Assembly: GCA_964188305.1 (NCBI GenBank)
Contig: OZ076885.1
Source: Podarcis bocagei
Lineage: Eukaryota
DNA: 64,000 bases
Strand: one strand, 5' to 3'
Shown one piece after another: positions 26,162 to 40,100 of the stretch. The position numbers and the translations under genes are program-made. Numbering within the stretch: the first letter of the stretch is position 1; every line of letters starts with the position of its first letter. The notes beneath the pieces were generated by a model, which had not been told where the DNA came from, did not search any database, and saw only the letters and a program-made list of their open reading frames with translations.

Positions 26162-27834
26162 GTTGGTTGTGTCCTATTCTTAACTGCTTATGGACCATAA
26201 TTCACCCTCCAGTCCTTTGAAAGGAGAAATTGCTTGCTTCCAAGAAGGAAATCGGGGAATCCTGAAAGCATTCCAAGTTTTCCCTTGGCCATGAAAAGGA
26301 AAATATCTATTCCACCAGGACATCATGGTTTAACACTTAAGTTTCAATTCTGAAGTGGGACCTGCAACTAAATACCGTCCTATGGAGTGCTCCTGCTCAG
26401 GGTTCCATTCAGCCATGCCCTTTCCCAGAACACTCCATTCTCTTACCTCTTTCCATGTCCCCACTGTATCTACTCAGCAGCCAATCATCATTCCATGCCC
26501 ACTGATGATGCTGTCTTTCATTGGGCTGTTACAGGTCACATCCTTCCTTTTCTAAAGATTTCATGGACTTCTGGGTTCCATAAACTTGCTCATAACTCCT
26601 TTTAGAGTGTGGGTGGTGCTGTTTTGGCTATATAAGGATCTTCATTTGAAGAACGATTTTGCTATCTAGTATCTATGATGATTGGAACTATGGTGGTGAC
26701 AATCGTGGCTAGAGTCTGTTAAGGGATCACATCATTCCACTGTCTCATGGGAAATACAGCAGTACTTCCATGTTTGACTGTTAGGGTGCAGTCTACAGGA
26801 AACGCCTAACTTTTCCCCATGTAAAACGAGGTGCTGTGCCTAGTACCTAGCTGATAGCTCATTTACACTATTACTCTCTGTGACAACACACTTGCACACT
26901 CTTCTCTGATCTATTTACACAGTGGCTGCATTCAGATGCCCTGGTAAATCATGGTGGATGGACCATAGCTCAGTGTTGAAGTGTGTGTTCCTAAAATAGG
27001 AAAGTCGAAGGTTCAAACCCTGACATCTCCAGATAGAACCAAGAAAGATTCCTTGGCAATGCCAAGCTGGATGGACTATGGCCACAACTCTGTAAGGCAG
27101 CTCTTGAATTCCTATGAGCCCTGGGGTCATGTTCTCACACCCAGCCCTTGTGGCTATGAGGTTGGAAGCTTTCTTTTTGATGGGTTCAGAAGAACAAATA
27201 AACTGTAGTTAATAAGGAAGTGAAAGCTTCAAAACTCGTCCTCAGGGCTGGAGAAGATGGGAACAGGTGCAAGCCCAAGGCTCTCCTAGTCTTGTTTTGA
27301 CCCCAGTAAGCCATAGCTTACCATGATGTCTGGATGCAGGAGTTCAGGAAGTTAAACTAGAGACTTTGGCAAAAGGAAAGAGCTTTGGTTGCTCTGCTGG
27401 GTAAGAGCTTGGGGAGGTGTTGGGATACTTGCAAGATGCTATGTCCTGCTTCAGTCATGCCTGCATGCCCTGGTCCCAAGTGAGATATCGCTCCCTGCGT
27501 CCTCTGTAAGACACAGATAATTCTGGATCGGTGCTGTTAACTCACAGGGGACATCTACTAGGAAAGTCAGAACCATAGTACAGAACCATCACTCTTGCCT
27601 GAGCACCTCATATTAAAATGAGAAGATTGTAAAGAAGCTCCTCAATATTCCCTCTGCCCTTTAACTGCTGCCTGGAGCCAGGATGGTTTTGGCATTTCAT
27701 CATTAAGGTAGCCTTGTGTAGAACAGATGAAATTAAACAGCCTCTCTTTGTGGAGAAGGATTGCAGATTCCCAGTGCTCTTGAAGCTTGTCTGTCTTTAA
27801 TAGTGCATATGACAATCACTTTCTAACCAGATGA

Positions 27835-28116
<282 letters not shown>

Positions 28117-28180
28117 TGATGGTAACGGTACCTGGTGAAAAGGAGAGCAGCAGAGCATTTCCCAGATCTACCTCTTGAAT

Positions 28181-28390
28181 GTAGAATCGTAGAGTTAGAA
28201 GGAACCTTTGAGTAATTTAGGCTAGTCCCCTGCTTAATGCTGGATCCTCCAATGCAGGGTGCATGTACAGCATCCCTGATAAAGAACCATCCATTGTCTA
28301 CTTAAATGCCTGCAATGAAGGAGAGCCCATCGCCTCCAAAGGCAGTGTTCCATTGCTGAGGAATTCTTATCATTAGGAAGCATCTCCTAA
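28181..28390 (-). mobile_element. Diverged CR1 LINE 3' fragment
   Basis: TAGAATCGTAGAGTTAGAAGG tail and similarity to the reverse complement of 47400-47610. Confidence 0.5.
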
Positions 28391-29596
28391 CACTGGGTTA
28401 GGTAAAATAGTTTTCTCCGGACGTTGCTGAACTACAGCTCTTATCATTGACCATGATGGGCTGATGGGGAGTTGGAATCCAACAAATGACAGCTTTTTGG
28501 AAATTTGAAGACTGCTATAGAATCGTTGACCACATCAGACTTAGGTGCTGCTGGGCAAACCCACAGAGAGGTTTCCATACTCTTCCCTCTGTATGGAAGT
28601 TAGGAATATAATCTAGCTGTCCCTACTGCATGAAGTAACACTAGATGGTCTATATTTGACTTGAGCAGCTCTGTTGCAAAAGGTCAGCTTTGTAATCCAA
28701 GTAGGCCAAACCCTACCAGGCTAAATTCTACCCTTTACTCCTAACTGGGGAGTTCACAGTAAATCCTTTTCATGTCAGAGACCCTTGCATGCTGGTGTTC
28801 AGTAAAGCAGTTACAAGTTACTTGTCTTGGCCCCTCTGTCATCCTATATTTGGGAGTTGTGTGATCTCATACAGCCCTGCACCAATACTGCCACTAGAAT
28901 TCTGCTTTGATGCATAAACTCAGATTCTACTCTACTACTCCTCTATCCCGTCTCACAGCAGTGAATATAAGCACAATCCCCTGTTCTGGGGTTTCTCTCC
29001 CTCTCTGACACCCCAAGCCAATTGGTGGTGGGGAGGTAGAGGGGAAAGCCACAGTGCGCTAGCACAAGTCCTTGCACGAGCTTCCATTAGCAGGCTTCAT
29101 TACTTGAATCTGGCCCTCAGCTGTGTACTTGGCTGCTTGCTTGCCTTAGGTGAGCAGCTGCTGCCGCCACACTCATCCTTGAATGACAGATTATATGCAG
29201 TGTATGGTTGCCAAGCCCTGTGTGTGTGGTCACAGCACTTTTGCAGTCTTTCTTCTGCCCCAAGGGCTATGGACCATTTTAGGAAGATGTGTGTGCATAG
29301 CCACAGCAGGATGAAAACCCACCCTTTTCCCTGGGTTTATGAGTTAAAAGGAACAGGTCAGTGGCTAATCCAGCATGGATGAGCACAAGGATCCATCTCC
29401 ACTGCCTGTTAGCCAAAGTTTAAGGGGAAGGTATGTGTGCGTAGCAAGATTCTTAGTAATTATAAAACTGTACTTGGTACATCATGCTACATTAACTGCC
29501 CAGCTCAGATCTGTTCGAAACACTTGTGAATCTTACTTTCTGTGAAGTTGGAAAACATTCTAGATTGCTCAGAAAAATCTCCTGCATTTTATTCAG

Positions 29597-29714
29597 TGCC
29601 TGTCTGGAGTGGCGTGAATGTTGCTGGCGTCTCTTTGAAAACTTTGCATCCAGACATGGGGTCTGATAGTGACAAGGAGAACTGGAAAGAAGTCCACAAG
29701 CATGTAGTAGAAAG
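29597..29714 (+). CDS. LDHA: LDHA coding exon ([40 protein letters not shown])
   Basis: AG/GT boundaries, 118 nt. Confidence 0.97.
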
Positions 29715-30672
29715 GTAATCTTTGTCTCGTCTCTGTGTGAGAGAGGAAATGGGGTTCCACTGAGCTTCCAGAAATTGCCTGTGTCTCATTTTCAAGGATG
29801 CCACAGCCTACATTGCTTCAACGAGGTCCCCTGATCCTTAACAGAGCATTTTTGCCCCATGACATGCACTTAACTTTGGACCAAACCCCTTCGTTTTCCC
29901 ACAATATAATCTCCAATTGTCCAGTTTTTAAGAAATATTGATTTAGAGTGCTGTTTACAGTGTTCAGATTACTGGAGAGTGCTTTTCCAGTGTTGGAAAC
30001 CACTGTTTAGCAGTTAATTTCCCTTTGTTGATAGATACTATATAGCAATCACTATATTCTGCACTGTGGAATTTGAATGTGTTTTGAAAGCAAAATAAAG
30101 TAAATTCTGCATACATTTCACATTCCTGAAGGACTGATCCATTTACAAACTGCCCTGGTTTACGTAACATGATGGGTAATAGCATTAATGTTTAACTACC
30201 ATTACATGTGAATTAGCAGCTTGTTAGTGTAGGCGTTCAGAAATCCAGATTGCTTCACCCTCATTCTTGCTTGCGCTACATGCAACAACCACAAGCTGTG
30301 GCTGCTTGTGCCATATAATCTGAACCCTGGTTTTAATCTTTCTAAACAAACCATTGTCTAACTTTGCTCAGACAACCTGAGAAGCCAAGGCTGGTAGTTT
30401 CTCTTTTCGCCCCCACCCCTAAATGGTGTGGCTAGGAAAGGAGAAGGGACACTGCAAGGACTTTGAGCATGCTGCTCATTTGTATTTAATGTTTAAATAT
30501 TAACTATGGCTTGACAAAATATGCAAGCAAAGCTACTCCATGCAGGCACCAGCATCTCTACAGGGAAAGGCTAGTAGCTTGCTTGTAAAAATAATAAATT
30601 AATAGTTCTAATGCCTGCAACAGATGCCATTTGGAGATAGAGGATAAGTAGCCTCAGATGGACTTCACCTGA

Positions 30673-30954
<282 letters not shown>

Positions 30955-31134
30955 TAGTCAAGCTAACAGAGGCAGTAGCTGCCAAAGCAAGTAAATGAGT
31001 TTGCTTTAAATAAGGAACAGATCTCCCTGCAAGGATGGCACTTTCTCCCCCTTCCCACTAATGGGGAAAGCATTTATTACATGCAAATCAACACATTATT
31101 TAATTGGCTTCTTTCTTTTTACTGTTCTTTCTAG

Positions 31135-31299
31135 GGCATGCATGGAATTAAAGATGACGTCTTCCTTAGTGTTCCTTGTGTCCTGGGCTACTCAGGAATT
31201 ACCGATGTGGTGAAAATGACCCTGAAGAGCGAAGAGGAAGACAAGTTGAGGAAGAGTGCAGATACACTCTGGGGGATCCAGAAGGAACTTCAGTTTTAA
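31135..31299 (+). CDS. LDHA: LDHA last coding exon ([18 protein letters not shown]...[11 protein letters not shown])
   Basis: ctag| acceptor, TAA at 31297-31299. The seven exons sum to 999 nt (332 aa + stop). The C-terminal KELQF is LDH-A type. Confidence 0.97.
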   Translation, partial: GMHGIKDDVFLSVPCVLGYSGITDVVKMTLKSEEEDKLRKSADTLWGIQKELQF

Positions 31300-31869
31300 G
31301 CCTGATGTCCTATCACTTCACCGCTTAACTAGTGTTTAATGGGTCTTAGTGGATTGTCTTGTTGCACTTTTCAGATAGATCAACTCCCTTTACGATGTGT
31401 GTCAACTACCAACACAATGCAGAGCTAAATTTGCTCCTGTTTACCACAACCCCGGTCTGTGGCCAGAACTGGAAGAACCTAGTCTCTCTTGTTAAGTGGT
31501 GTAAAAGTAGATCCAGCATGCTCTGAAACAACACTGCCAAATGGAAGCTTCCTGCCTTTCCTCAGCTAAACTTTAGTCACTCAGAAGAGAAGAGCTCAAT
31601 TGGTCTTCCAAAAGCTGTAGAAAACCAAAGAATATTTTGTGATCAAAAAGGATTGGCAGATTCACTGACCAATATTCTGTTTAACAGATGACTTAAATCT
31701 CCAGTATTGAGCAGTTCTAAATGTCCTTTTTCCTTAGTCTTTGTGCATACTTTTCAAGAGAACTACGTGTACTCTAGAGGAGTGTCTTAAATGTTATGTA
31801 AAAAAACCTCTGTATGCAACAATTACAACTGATGCAATTGTCTAACTGTAGTACCAGCCCAAGCAACAA

Positions 31870-31875
31870 AATAAA
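31870..31875 (+). terminator. LDHA: Probable LDHA polyadenylation signal
   Basis: AATAAA ~570 nt after the stop, followed by a T/GT-rich tract. Confidence 0.65.
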
Positions 31876-32662
31876 CAGTTAACTGCTACTTCTCTGGGTC
31901 TATATGGTTGGCCGTAAACGTGACTAATCTTCAATCTCCAGGTTTTGTACAGCAGTTAATAGACACACGCACCCTTTATTGCCATGTAAGACAGGGTGGG
32001 CAGAGAACAGATAAGGATTAATGACTCCCTCCCGCATACAGCTAAAATGAAAGTCAGAGGGTGCAGGTTAATCAACAGTGCATTATTGTAATGGTCCCCA
32101 AGACTAAATCTGATCAAATGGACAATGTGCCCTATAACTGACTAAACTAGCAATGTTATTGTGAATAGGGGGGCTGATAACTGATCTGCAATTCTAAGCA
32201 TACATTGAACAAAATGGGCCTTATTTCTTCTGTACAAGTATGCAGAGGATGAGACTAGAAAACACACATTTTATCCCAACCTGCTACTAACTTCTACGCT
32301 TTTATTATAAATTAATCTTGAAAGTACACGTATGAAGTTTCCAGCTACATTCTACATTAGACAAACTTGAGGCTACAGCAGTGGCATTCGTTACACAAAT
32401 GTCTGTAGCACCCCCAAAAAAGTGTTAACACAACAAATTTTATTTAGCCATCAGCCCACAAATGCAAAAGGTTTACAGAGAATAGAAAGTGCATTAATAA
32501 AGCTAGTCCTTACCAAAGAAAAAAAAGAAAATATATTATCCATTCAAAATATTTTACAAGTTGAATGATGTAATAACTTATTCTGGCCACTTACTGATTA
32601 AAAGGAAAAAATAAATGAGGATATGACCACTTGGACTACACCACTCTTCCCTAAGCCATGGG

Positions 32663-32752
32663 TCAGTAGAGATCACTGAGACCTGCCGTTTTTCTTGCTT
32701 TCTGCATAAGTGCCCGCAGCTGAAACTGCTTGCGAGACAAGAGGCGGACATG
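32663..32752 (-). CDS. TSG101: TSG101 exon 10 (HVRLLSRKQFQLRALMQKARKTAGLSDLY*)
   Basis: ttttcag acceptor, TGA stop, steadiness-box C-terminus; minus-strand AATAAA at 32439-32444, 32301-32306 and 31975-31980. Confidence 0.97.
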   Translation of the reverse strand, partial: HVRLLSRKQFQLRALMQKARKTAGLSDLY

Positions 32753-33017
32753 CTGAAAAGAAAAAACAGGCCAGGGTAAATCATCTGAGCACGATCTATA
32801 ACATTTTAATTTGATCAACTTCAATAGGGTATCTTCATTACTGATAAATGAATATTTAGCTCCAGATTTTGAATTTAAAGACAACTTGAAAAGTAAGATA
32901 CCATTTTGACTGGCATTTTGTCTTCGGCTGTATGTCCCAATAATTTCAATGATGCAAATTTTGACATTTTTAGATTCTTATAAATTAATTTTGTGTAATG
33001 GTGCATGTAACATATAC

Positions 33018-33152
33018 CAGTGTTTCTGAAACTTGGGGCCCCAGCTGTTGTTGGACTACAACTCCCATAATCCCTGACAACTGGTACTGCTAGCTAGGGA
33101 TGATGGGAATTGTAGTCCAACAACAGCTGAAGACCAAAGCTTCAGAAACAGG
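33018..33152. mobile_element. Palindromic short MITE, same family as 9759 and 12284
   Basis: TGTTTCTGAA...CAGCTGTTGTTGGACTACAA / TTGTAGTCCAACAACAGCTG...TTCAGAAACA inverted arms. Confidence 0.75.
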
Positions 33153-33621
33153 TTACTAGACACATGCAGTAACCCGCACAATAACTTGAATCAGCCAAAA
33201 TGGGAAAAGGTAAAGAGGGCATTTGGTTGGCCATACAGCTACAAGCACGTCCTCAAGACCCAAAAGCTGAAACTGATCCCACAAAACCTGACCAGACAGT
33301 GCATTAAATGCCTCACTCAGACCTGTTACAAGAAGAATATATACACAGTGGTCCAACTCATCATGGGAAGACAAGTTATTCTGTACTACAGGCTTATAGT
33401 TTCCTGGCTGTCAGGTGTGTAAGGCTCTAAGCTACAGCTTTGCTGATGTGTGAGACAGATAACAACAGTCACACTCTGGTACCATCCAGTGCACTTGAAA
33501 GCCCTCCCTTCTTCCCTACATTTGAAGAAGCATTAGAGTTAAGAACTAGGAACACAACTACTGGTTTCAGTGGAGCAGAAAAACTACATGAACGTACCTT
33601 TGAATATTTACTCAAACTTAC

Positions 33622-33861
33622 CTTTAGAAAGATATCAAGATCAATAACTCCACGTCTCAATGCTTCACCCAGGTAAAAGATGGTATCTTCAATGGCATTT
33701 TCCTCAGCATACAAGTTCAGAATTTGTTTGTAAAGTGGCGCTGTAGGAACAATAACTTCGTCTATGTCATTATTTTCTGACTGACTCTCCATTTTTTCCA
33801 AGGCAGAACTCAGCTCTTCGTCTTTCTTTTTCAGGAGGTCAATGTTCTTGTCAACTTCAGC
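33622..33861 (-). CDS. TSG101: TSG101 exon 9 (AEVDKNIDLLKKKDEELSSALEKMESQSENNDIDEVIVPTAPLYKQ...DLDIFLK)
   Basis: AG/GT boundaries, 240 nt, internal PTAP motif. Confidence 0.97.
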
Positions 33862-34365
33862 CTAAAATTAAAAAAAATTATAGGTTTGTTTTAAGATGCC
33901 TTGATACCTATTTAACCAACACCCTAAATTTCCTTTTAAAGTCCATGGGAGTCCCAGGTATCACAGGAAAGAGGTTTCCCTCCTGCCCTCAAACATCTAT
34001 TGCATGTGAAGAAATTACCCCCACGCTGCTCTGAGAGCAATAATGGCAAAAAAGGTGCCTGCCTGGGGAAACTTGGGATCCACTGAATCCCAAACTCTCC
34101 TGTTCCCATAACATACCTCTGGAACGGGGTGGGGAGGGAGTACATGGTCCTGAAGCTGGTGTACTCAGTTTCCCATCCTTTGGGTACTAGACGGGAAAAC
34201 GTGGTGGTAGGCAGAGTGGGCAAAGGACAGGGTAGTTGCAAAAGGAAAAAGCCAGGATGGGTGCTACAACACCACCTTCTGCCCTGCCAGCATAAGGCCG
34301 GCAGGACTTTGGGTGTGGCAGTTTCTTTGCCTCAGTAGGATTGCTCCGTAACACTTTTAAGAGTA

Positions 34366-34591
34366 CAGTGGTACCTCGGGTTAAGTACTTAATTCGTTCC
34401 GGAGGTCCGTTCTTAACTTGAAACTGTTCTTAACCTGAAGCACCACTTTAGCTAATGGGGCCTACTGCTGCCGCCGCGCCGCCGGAGCACGATTTCTGTT
34501 CTCATCCTGAAGCAAAGTTCTTAACCTGAAGCATTATTTCTGGGTTAGCGGAGTCTGTAACCTGAAGCATATGTAACCCGAGGTACCACTG
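34366..34591. mobile_element. mariner/Tigger-like MITE
   Basis: Perfect TIR CAGTGGTACCTCGGGTTA / TAACCCGAGGTACCACTG with TA TSD (34364-34365, 34592-34593). Confidence 0.9.
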
Positions 34592-34986
34592 TATTTATGT
34601 ACGAGAACAGCATTTAACTGCTTATTTGGATGTTCCCAAAATTTCACCATTCCTGTGCTATTGACCTTGTAAATAACCATATACACAGGACAAATAATTG
34701 TAATTGCAGTTTTAAGACCACTATCCTCACTTGCAAATAATGAATCAGTGGTGAGGAATAGATGGCTAAAAAGAAAAGGGCTAAATTTTTCATTTCCTAT
34801 AACTGCCTTACCTACCACACAATGGATGCGGAGAGCTACAGGCAACAGAATCTACTGCAAGGAAGGAAATGTTCCAGCTGCTTTGAGCAACCAAAAAGGC
34901 TTCGTTGTTGTTTGAAAAGACATGGGAAGTCATGAGCCCAATGCTTTTAATTGCTTAAAAGGAAAAAGGCCTTTTCGTTTGCTTAC

Positions 34987-35189
34987 CACTTCCTGGTCTA
35001 GGCGAGTTACCATCTCTTCAAGCTTTTGGTGACCTTTTTTCAAGTCTTCCTCTGTGCGCTTCAAGGCATTGAGCTCTGCCTGGGCACGGTCCATTTCTTC
35101 TTTCATTCTCCATCTCAGCTTATCACTGACTGCTGAAATAAGCGAAGCTCGAATGGTATCTTCGCTAATGGTGCCATCTCTGCTGGGAC
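34987..35189 (-). CDS. TSG101: TSG101 exon 8, coiled coil (GPSRDGTISEDTIRASLISAVSDKLRWRMKEEMDRAQAEL...LDQEV)
   Basis: AG/GT boundaries, 203 nt, phase-1 acceptor. Confidence 0.97.
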
Positions 35190-37063
35190 CTGTACAATAA
35201 GATTCAGTCACAGAATCAACCCCTTCTACTTCTAAGGAGATTTGTAGGTCATGACAATCTGTTTGCAAAGGTATTTGAGGCTAAAAAAAATTAGAGTATG
35301 TTAAAACAGATTAATTTTCAGACATAACATTCCAAAAGGTGTACCCATGAACTTCTAAGTTGCTTAATAATCTATTGTACTTTCCCAACTTAAGGAGGTT
35401 CTGCCCATCTTCTCACAGAGTGCAACTGTGAACTTGAACCAGCAAATATTTTAAAAGCAACCATAGAGCTTTCAAGTGTTAGCTAACTAACACATTAGCT
35501 AATTATCACAATGAAAAAACATCGTCCTTGAACACAGGTTTAGCTCTCAGCCACTCAAACTTTACTTTGGAACACCCCCAAATTCAAAATGTTTTAATGA
35601 AAACACAGAATGCTTCTGTCAGATTACTAGCTCTGGTTATTGTTTGAGGAGCACTGAGTTGAGCTACAAACAATGAAACACTAGTTTATTTTTTATACAA
35701 ATATTTCTTTTGCTTTTGCATCAACCATCATATAAAATATCTAGTCATTTTTTATCACCAAGTTCACATGAAACCTCAAATGTTTGCCATGCACAAGATG
35801 GTCTTTCCTTATTAAAACCTTTCCTTCCAAACACTCACATCCACGAATTCACATTGCACATTCAAATCTACAAGTTTTTCACTTGTCTCCTCACAGACAA
35901 CACTGTCTGAAAGTTTCCTTACATTGAGGACTTGAAATTTTATAAAAAATGCCCTGTCTTAATCACTACCGTTACTAATCTACAAATATATTTTAAGAAA
36001 GTATTCAATAAACTGTGTAGGTTTCCAAACATCAAAATTATATCAAACCTAGCAAGAATTAGCAACAGCACTCTAGTATAAAAATTGTATTTTACCTTAA
36101 CACACCAACTCAAAGAGCCCCACAGGTTTCATATGCAGCTTGAATTTGCCGCCATCCATGTGTTCTCTTAACATTAAAACTCTTCTTCTTACAGTCTCTT
36201 TCACAATTATCAGTCCATTCTTTTTGCTTTTGAGGTGTTCCCACTGCCCCAAATAGCACTTAGTATGTAGAAAGTGTGGTATGGGTCCATCCCAGCAGTT
36301 TCCTGACCAGCCCACCTGCAGCAATTTTGTCCACTCAGCAAAAGTAAGCAAAGTACGGAAAACATCTGTTCATGCTGTCGTTTCTGAATCCGCTGTCTTG
36401 CTGCTGCTTCATTCACTCTGGTGGGATCTTCACGCCAAAACAACTTTATGGAATCACAGTCTCTGATTGGAACTTCCGACTCCAGACTTGGGATTTCACT
36501 TTATGAGGATACATTGTTGATTCATTTTCAGTATTTCATTCTTCCTGCTGTCATTTTCTTTTCGTTAAATGGATATAAGCTTCTTATCTTCAGAATAAAA
36601 TTAATGACGGATGAGTATCCCCATTTCATTTCTTCAATGCGTTTAAAGTCCAATTACCAATTTCAGTGAACACCAGATGATTTTTATTTGTTCTCATTTC
36701 CATTCTTGTCTTGGGTTCATGTCCAACAAAGTTCAAAGTCTGACGCTAATGTCCATTATGTTGATCATTGCTCCCTAAAGTCTTTCTGCTCTTCTCTTGA
36801 GTATGAATAGGCGTGGTATCATATGTAAGGAACACTGAAAACTGGTGTCAGATAAAGAAACTCTTCTGCATAACAAATGTTGAGCAATTTAAACCAAAAA
36901 TTATTTGAACACAAAACATTATTACAGCTCAGGGTTCTGCACATTGCTGATTCTAAACATTTGCGTATCATCTGAGTTCCCCCCATGAAGCTTTTATCCC
37001 AAAAACAAAACAAAAAACCTCTCCAAACATTGGCATTATTAATTTTCTATTATATTAAAAGTA

Positions 37064-37093
37064 TAATAATAATAATAATAAATAATAATAATA

Positions 37094-37143
<50 letters not shown>
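37064..37143. repeat. (AAT)n microsatellite
   Basis: Directly visible. Confidence 0.95.
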
Positions 37144-37144
<1 letters not shown>

Positions 37145-40100
37145 GATTTTAATAAGACATTCTTATGGGACAAGGGCCCCAAAACATCCTGGAAAATCTC
37201 CAAATACCAACACCTCCAAAAATGCCTCCCACTTTTACATAATTACTGGTATGTAATTTTTAACAGTTTCAACTTGAATTATATGCATATTTCTGAAGAA
37301 TGAACAGGCATACAGACAGTTACGCTGATACATGCTGCTAGATGTATACAATTTGTAAGGCGAGCTCAAATAAAGGCATCAAAACTCATGTTAACAAATT
37401 CCCGCAGGTTCCAAAATGACAGCTAAGAAATAAGCAAAGGCCAGAGCCAACATCCTTAGAATTGTTGTTGCGTTGCTTTTAAAACAAGCCATATTCTCAT
37501 TAAATATAAAAGTTGTTGTTAAAACATTTATTCAAATGCAAGAAAACGAGTATAATTCAGGCTAAAACAGAGATGGAAGCCAGGATATTGTTTGATATTC
37601 TTTCAGCTTTAGAGGGGCACCATGGAATGTGTTGTGTCATCAAGTGCTGTCCCAACTACTGAAAAGACCCAAGGCAAAACAGTATGTAGTAGACGTTCTA
37701 TAATATAATCTCAGGTGATTTGAGTGAACTGCAAACATTCAGACGTTTTAACTAGCCAAATATAGGAGTGTAACTTAAGTGATCTAAGCAAATATGTTTA
37801 TGTACATCAAAAGATTTAACCCTCTAATCCCTCTCAACTGATTTAAGAATTCATCAAAGTTTGCCTTTAAGAGATTAAGACCAGACTAGCTGCTATGTGG
37901 TTGGACAAATGAAAACAAGTATTCTGGCAGACTTAAGGTAGGTTTGAAGTGATGTCAGCATGTGATTATCTGCATTGCCAAATTCCAAGGGCTACTTTTG
38001 GTTGAATTTGAAGTACCGTGTCAAATCACTAAAGAGGTTCTCTTAAGTGTCTTCCCCATTCACCCTGTGTTGCATATTCCTGTACCTGAAGACAGCTGCA
38101 CGCAAGAGTTTACTGCAAAAATTGGTCCTAAATTGCAACATGTTGCATCGTTTTCTTCTGAATGATCTAGAGAACAGTTTCAACAAAACAAATGAAGGTT
38201 CTGTTCTGAAACTATCCATTTCTGTGTTTTCCATACCAAGTTTTATCTTCTTCTACTACTGTCTAGACTTGTTCTGTTTAAAACGAATTATTCAGAGTAA
38301 GAAAATCATGAAGGCAGTTTCAAAAAGTAACTTAACCTTATTTTGCTAATCCCCTGCTTCAGAAACTGTATTAAAATTGGGCAACAGCAAAATAAGAAAA
38401 ATACCTCAAAAAAGAAAAACCTGAACAAAAACGAACAAACCACTTGGCTCAACTCAGTAAGCTGTGCTAAAGAGGAAGGTAAACACTGTTCAAAGCAACT
38501 ATGGGTGATATCAAATGTTACTCATTCAGAAGTAGACCCATTTAGATCAATGGACTTAAGCCCACTTATTTCAGTCGGTCTACTCAATGCTAATTTAGGA
38601 TTATCAGCCTATATGGTCATCCAGAAAATGATATTGAAAAAACCAGCAAAACAAAGTCCTATTCAAGTGCTAGACCCACATTTCCATCTCTCTCTGCCCC
38701 AGGTTTCTTTCCACCATAAGCATATATCATATAAATATATCTTAAAACCAGTTACAACTTCTTGGTCAAAGCTGTTTATTTATGAAGCTTTTGTCTAGAG
38801 CTTAAATAAAGTCAGAGAAATAAGTCTGCATGTACAAATATATGGTTTTAGATGTACAGAGAACAAGACAGGCTACCACCATATACCAATTTATACCAGG
38901 AGCACTAGATTTGAAGAGCACCTTCAAGAACATGAACCCTTAACATTTTCAATCACTTCCATAATTAGCCACCCTTAGAGAAGAGTTCCTGGCATGCAGT
39001 CATACGTCCAAGGGAAAACTCAGACATTTAACCTTTGCTATACAGAGTCTAGTTTCAGAACTGACCTTATGGTACTGACCTTACAGTACTGCAGACTAGC
39101 AGTTGACTCAGACAGAAAAGAAACAGCCAAATATCAACTTGGCACTGGAAGAAACTGATGTTTAATTTAATTTAATAATGATGACTATATATTACCACCA
39201 GCAGGACAATGTGAAATGTAGCATAAACAAAGTAATAATGGTGTATTCCTCAATTATTAACTAGAAAAGAATTTTAATTATCTTTTCAGTTGACTTTTCA
39301 GGAGGGGTATGATGTCAAACAAAATATTAACACTGAAAGATGGAAGTGCAAGATTAAACAGACTAAATTGCTTTAGCTGTATCAGAACTGCCAGAGTAGA
39401 CAGTCCATTTTAAAGGATTAATACATTGTGGAAGTCCATCAGCTGGGGGCCCAATAACCAGTTTGAATGACTTCCAGAAAATACTGCCTTACTAGGCCTC
39501 TGTTTAGTTGAACTTCAGGTAAGACATTTCTTCAGATAAGGTGGTAACCTCCACCCCCACCCCACAAATTAAGTACCTTAAGATTAACACCGCCATAAAC
39601 CCTTAAAATGCAGCTTATATTCTTGAGCAAAAAAAACCCCATTCTCTGAGAATAAAAATTGAAGGGAAAGAACATTGATATCAGCCTGGGCTCAATCTTC
39701 ACTGAACCTTTTACCAGGCAATGCCAGGAATTTAACCTGACACATCTTCAGCAGACAAAATATCTGCTCATTGAGCTATGGTCTCTTCTTTCTCAGACCC
39801 TGCTTCTAGTGGCACAACATCCAAGGTTGGAGAGCCCTCCATAATGGCCCCCATGAGCTGCAAGGAATTTCCAGCAGAAGGAAATTCCACCTCTTGCCCA
39901 GTGGAAATGCTTTTCACTTGTGCATTGGGATCCTGCTCCATGATAACATAAGTGAACTCTGAACACCTGGATGTTAATATATTTACGGAAAGAAATCTTA
40001 GAAGAATGAACCCTGATATCCATCTCTACTAGTCTTTTTAGGGGATTCCATTCTAATTATATAACTGCTACTTACCCCCCCAAAGCTTAATTAAGTCTGC

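Noticed and set aside
31297-31305. LDHB-like stop readthrough to a peroxisomal signal
   Set aside because: The stop is TAA followed by GCC TGA; no readthrough context or PTS1.
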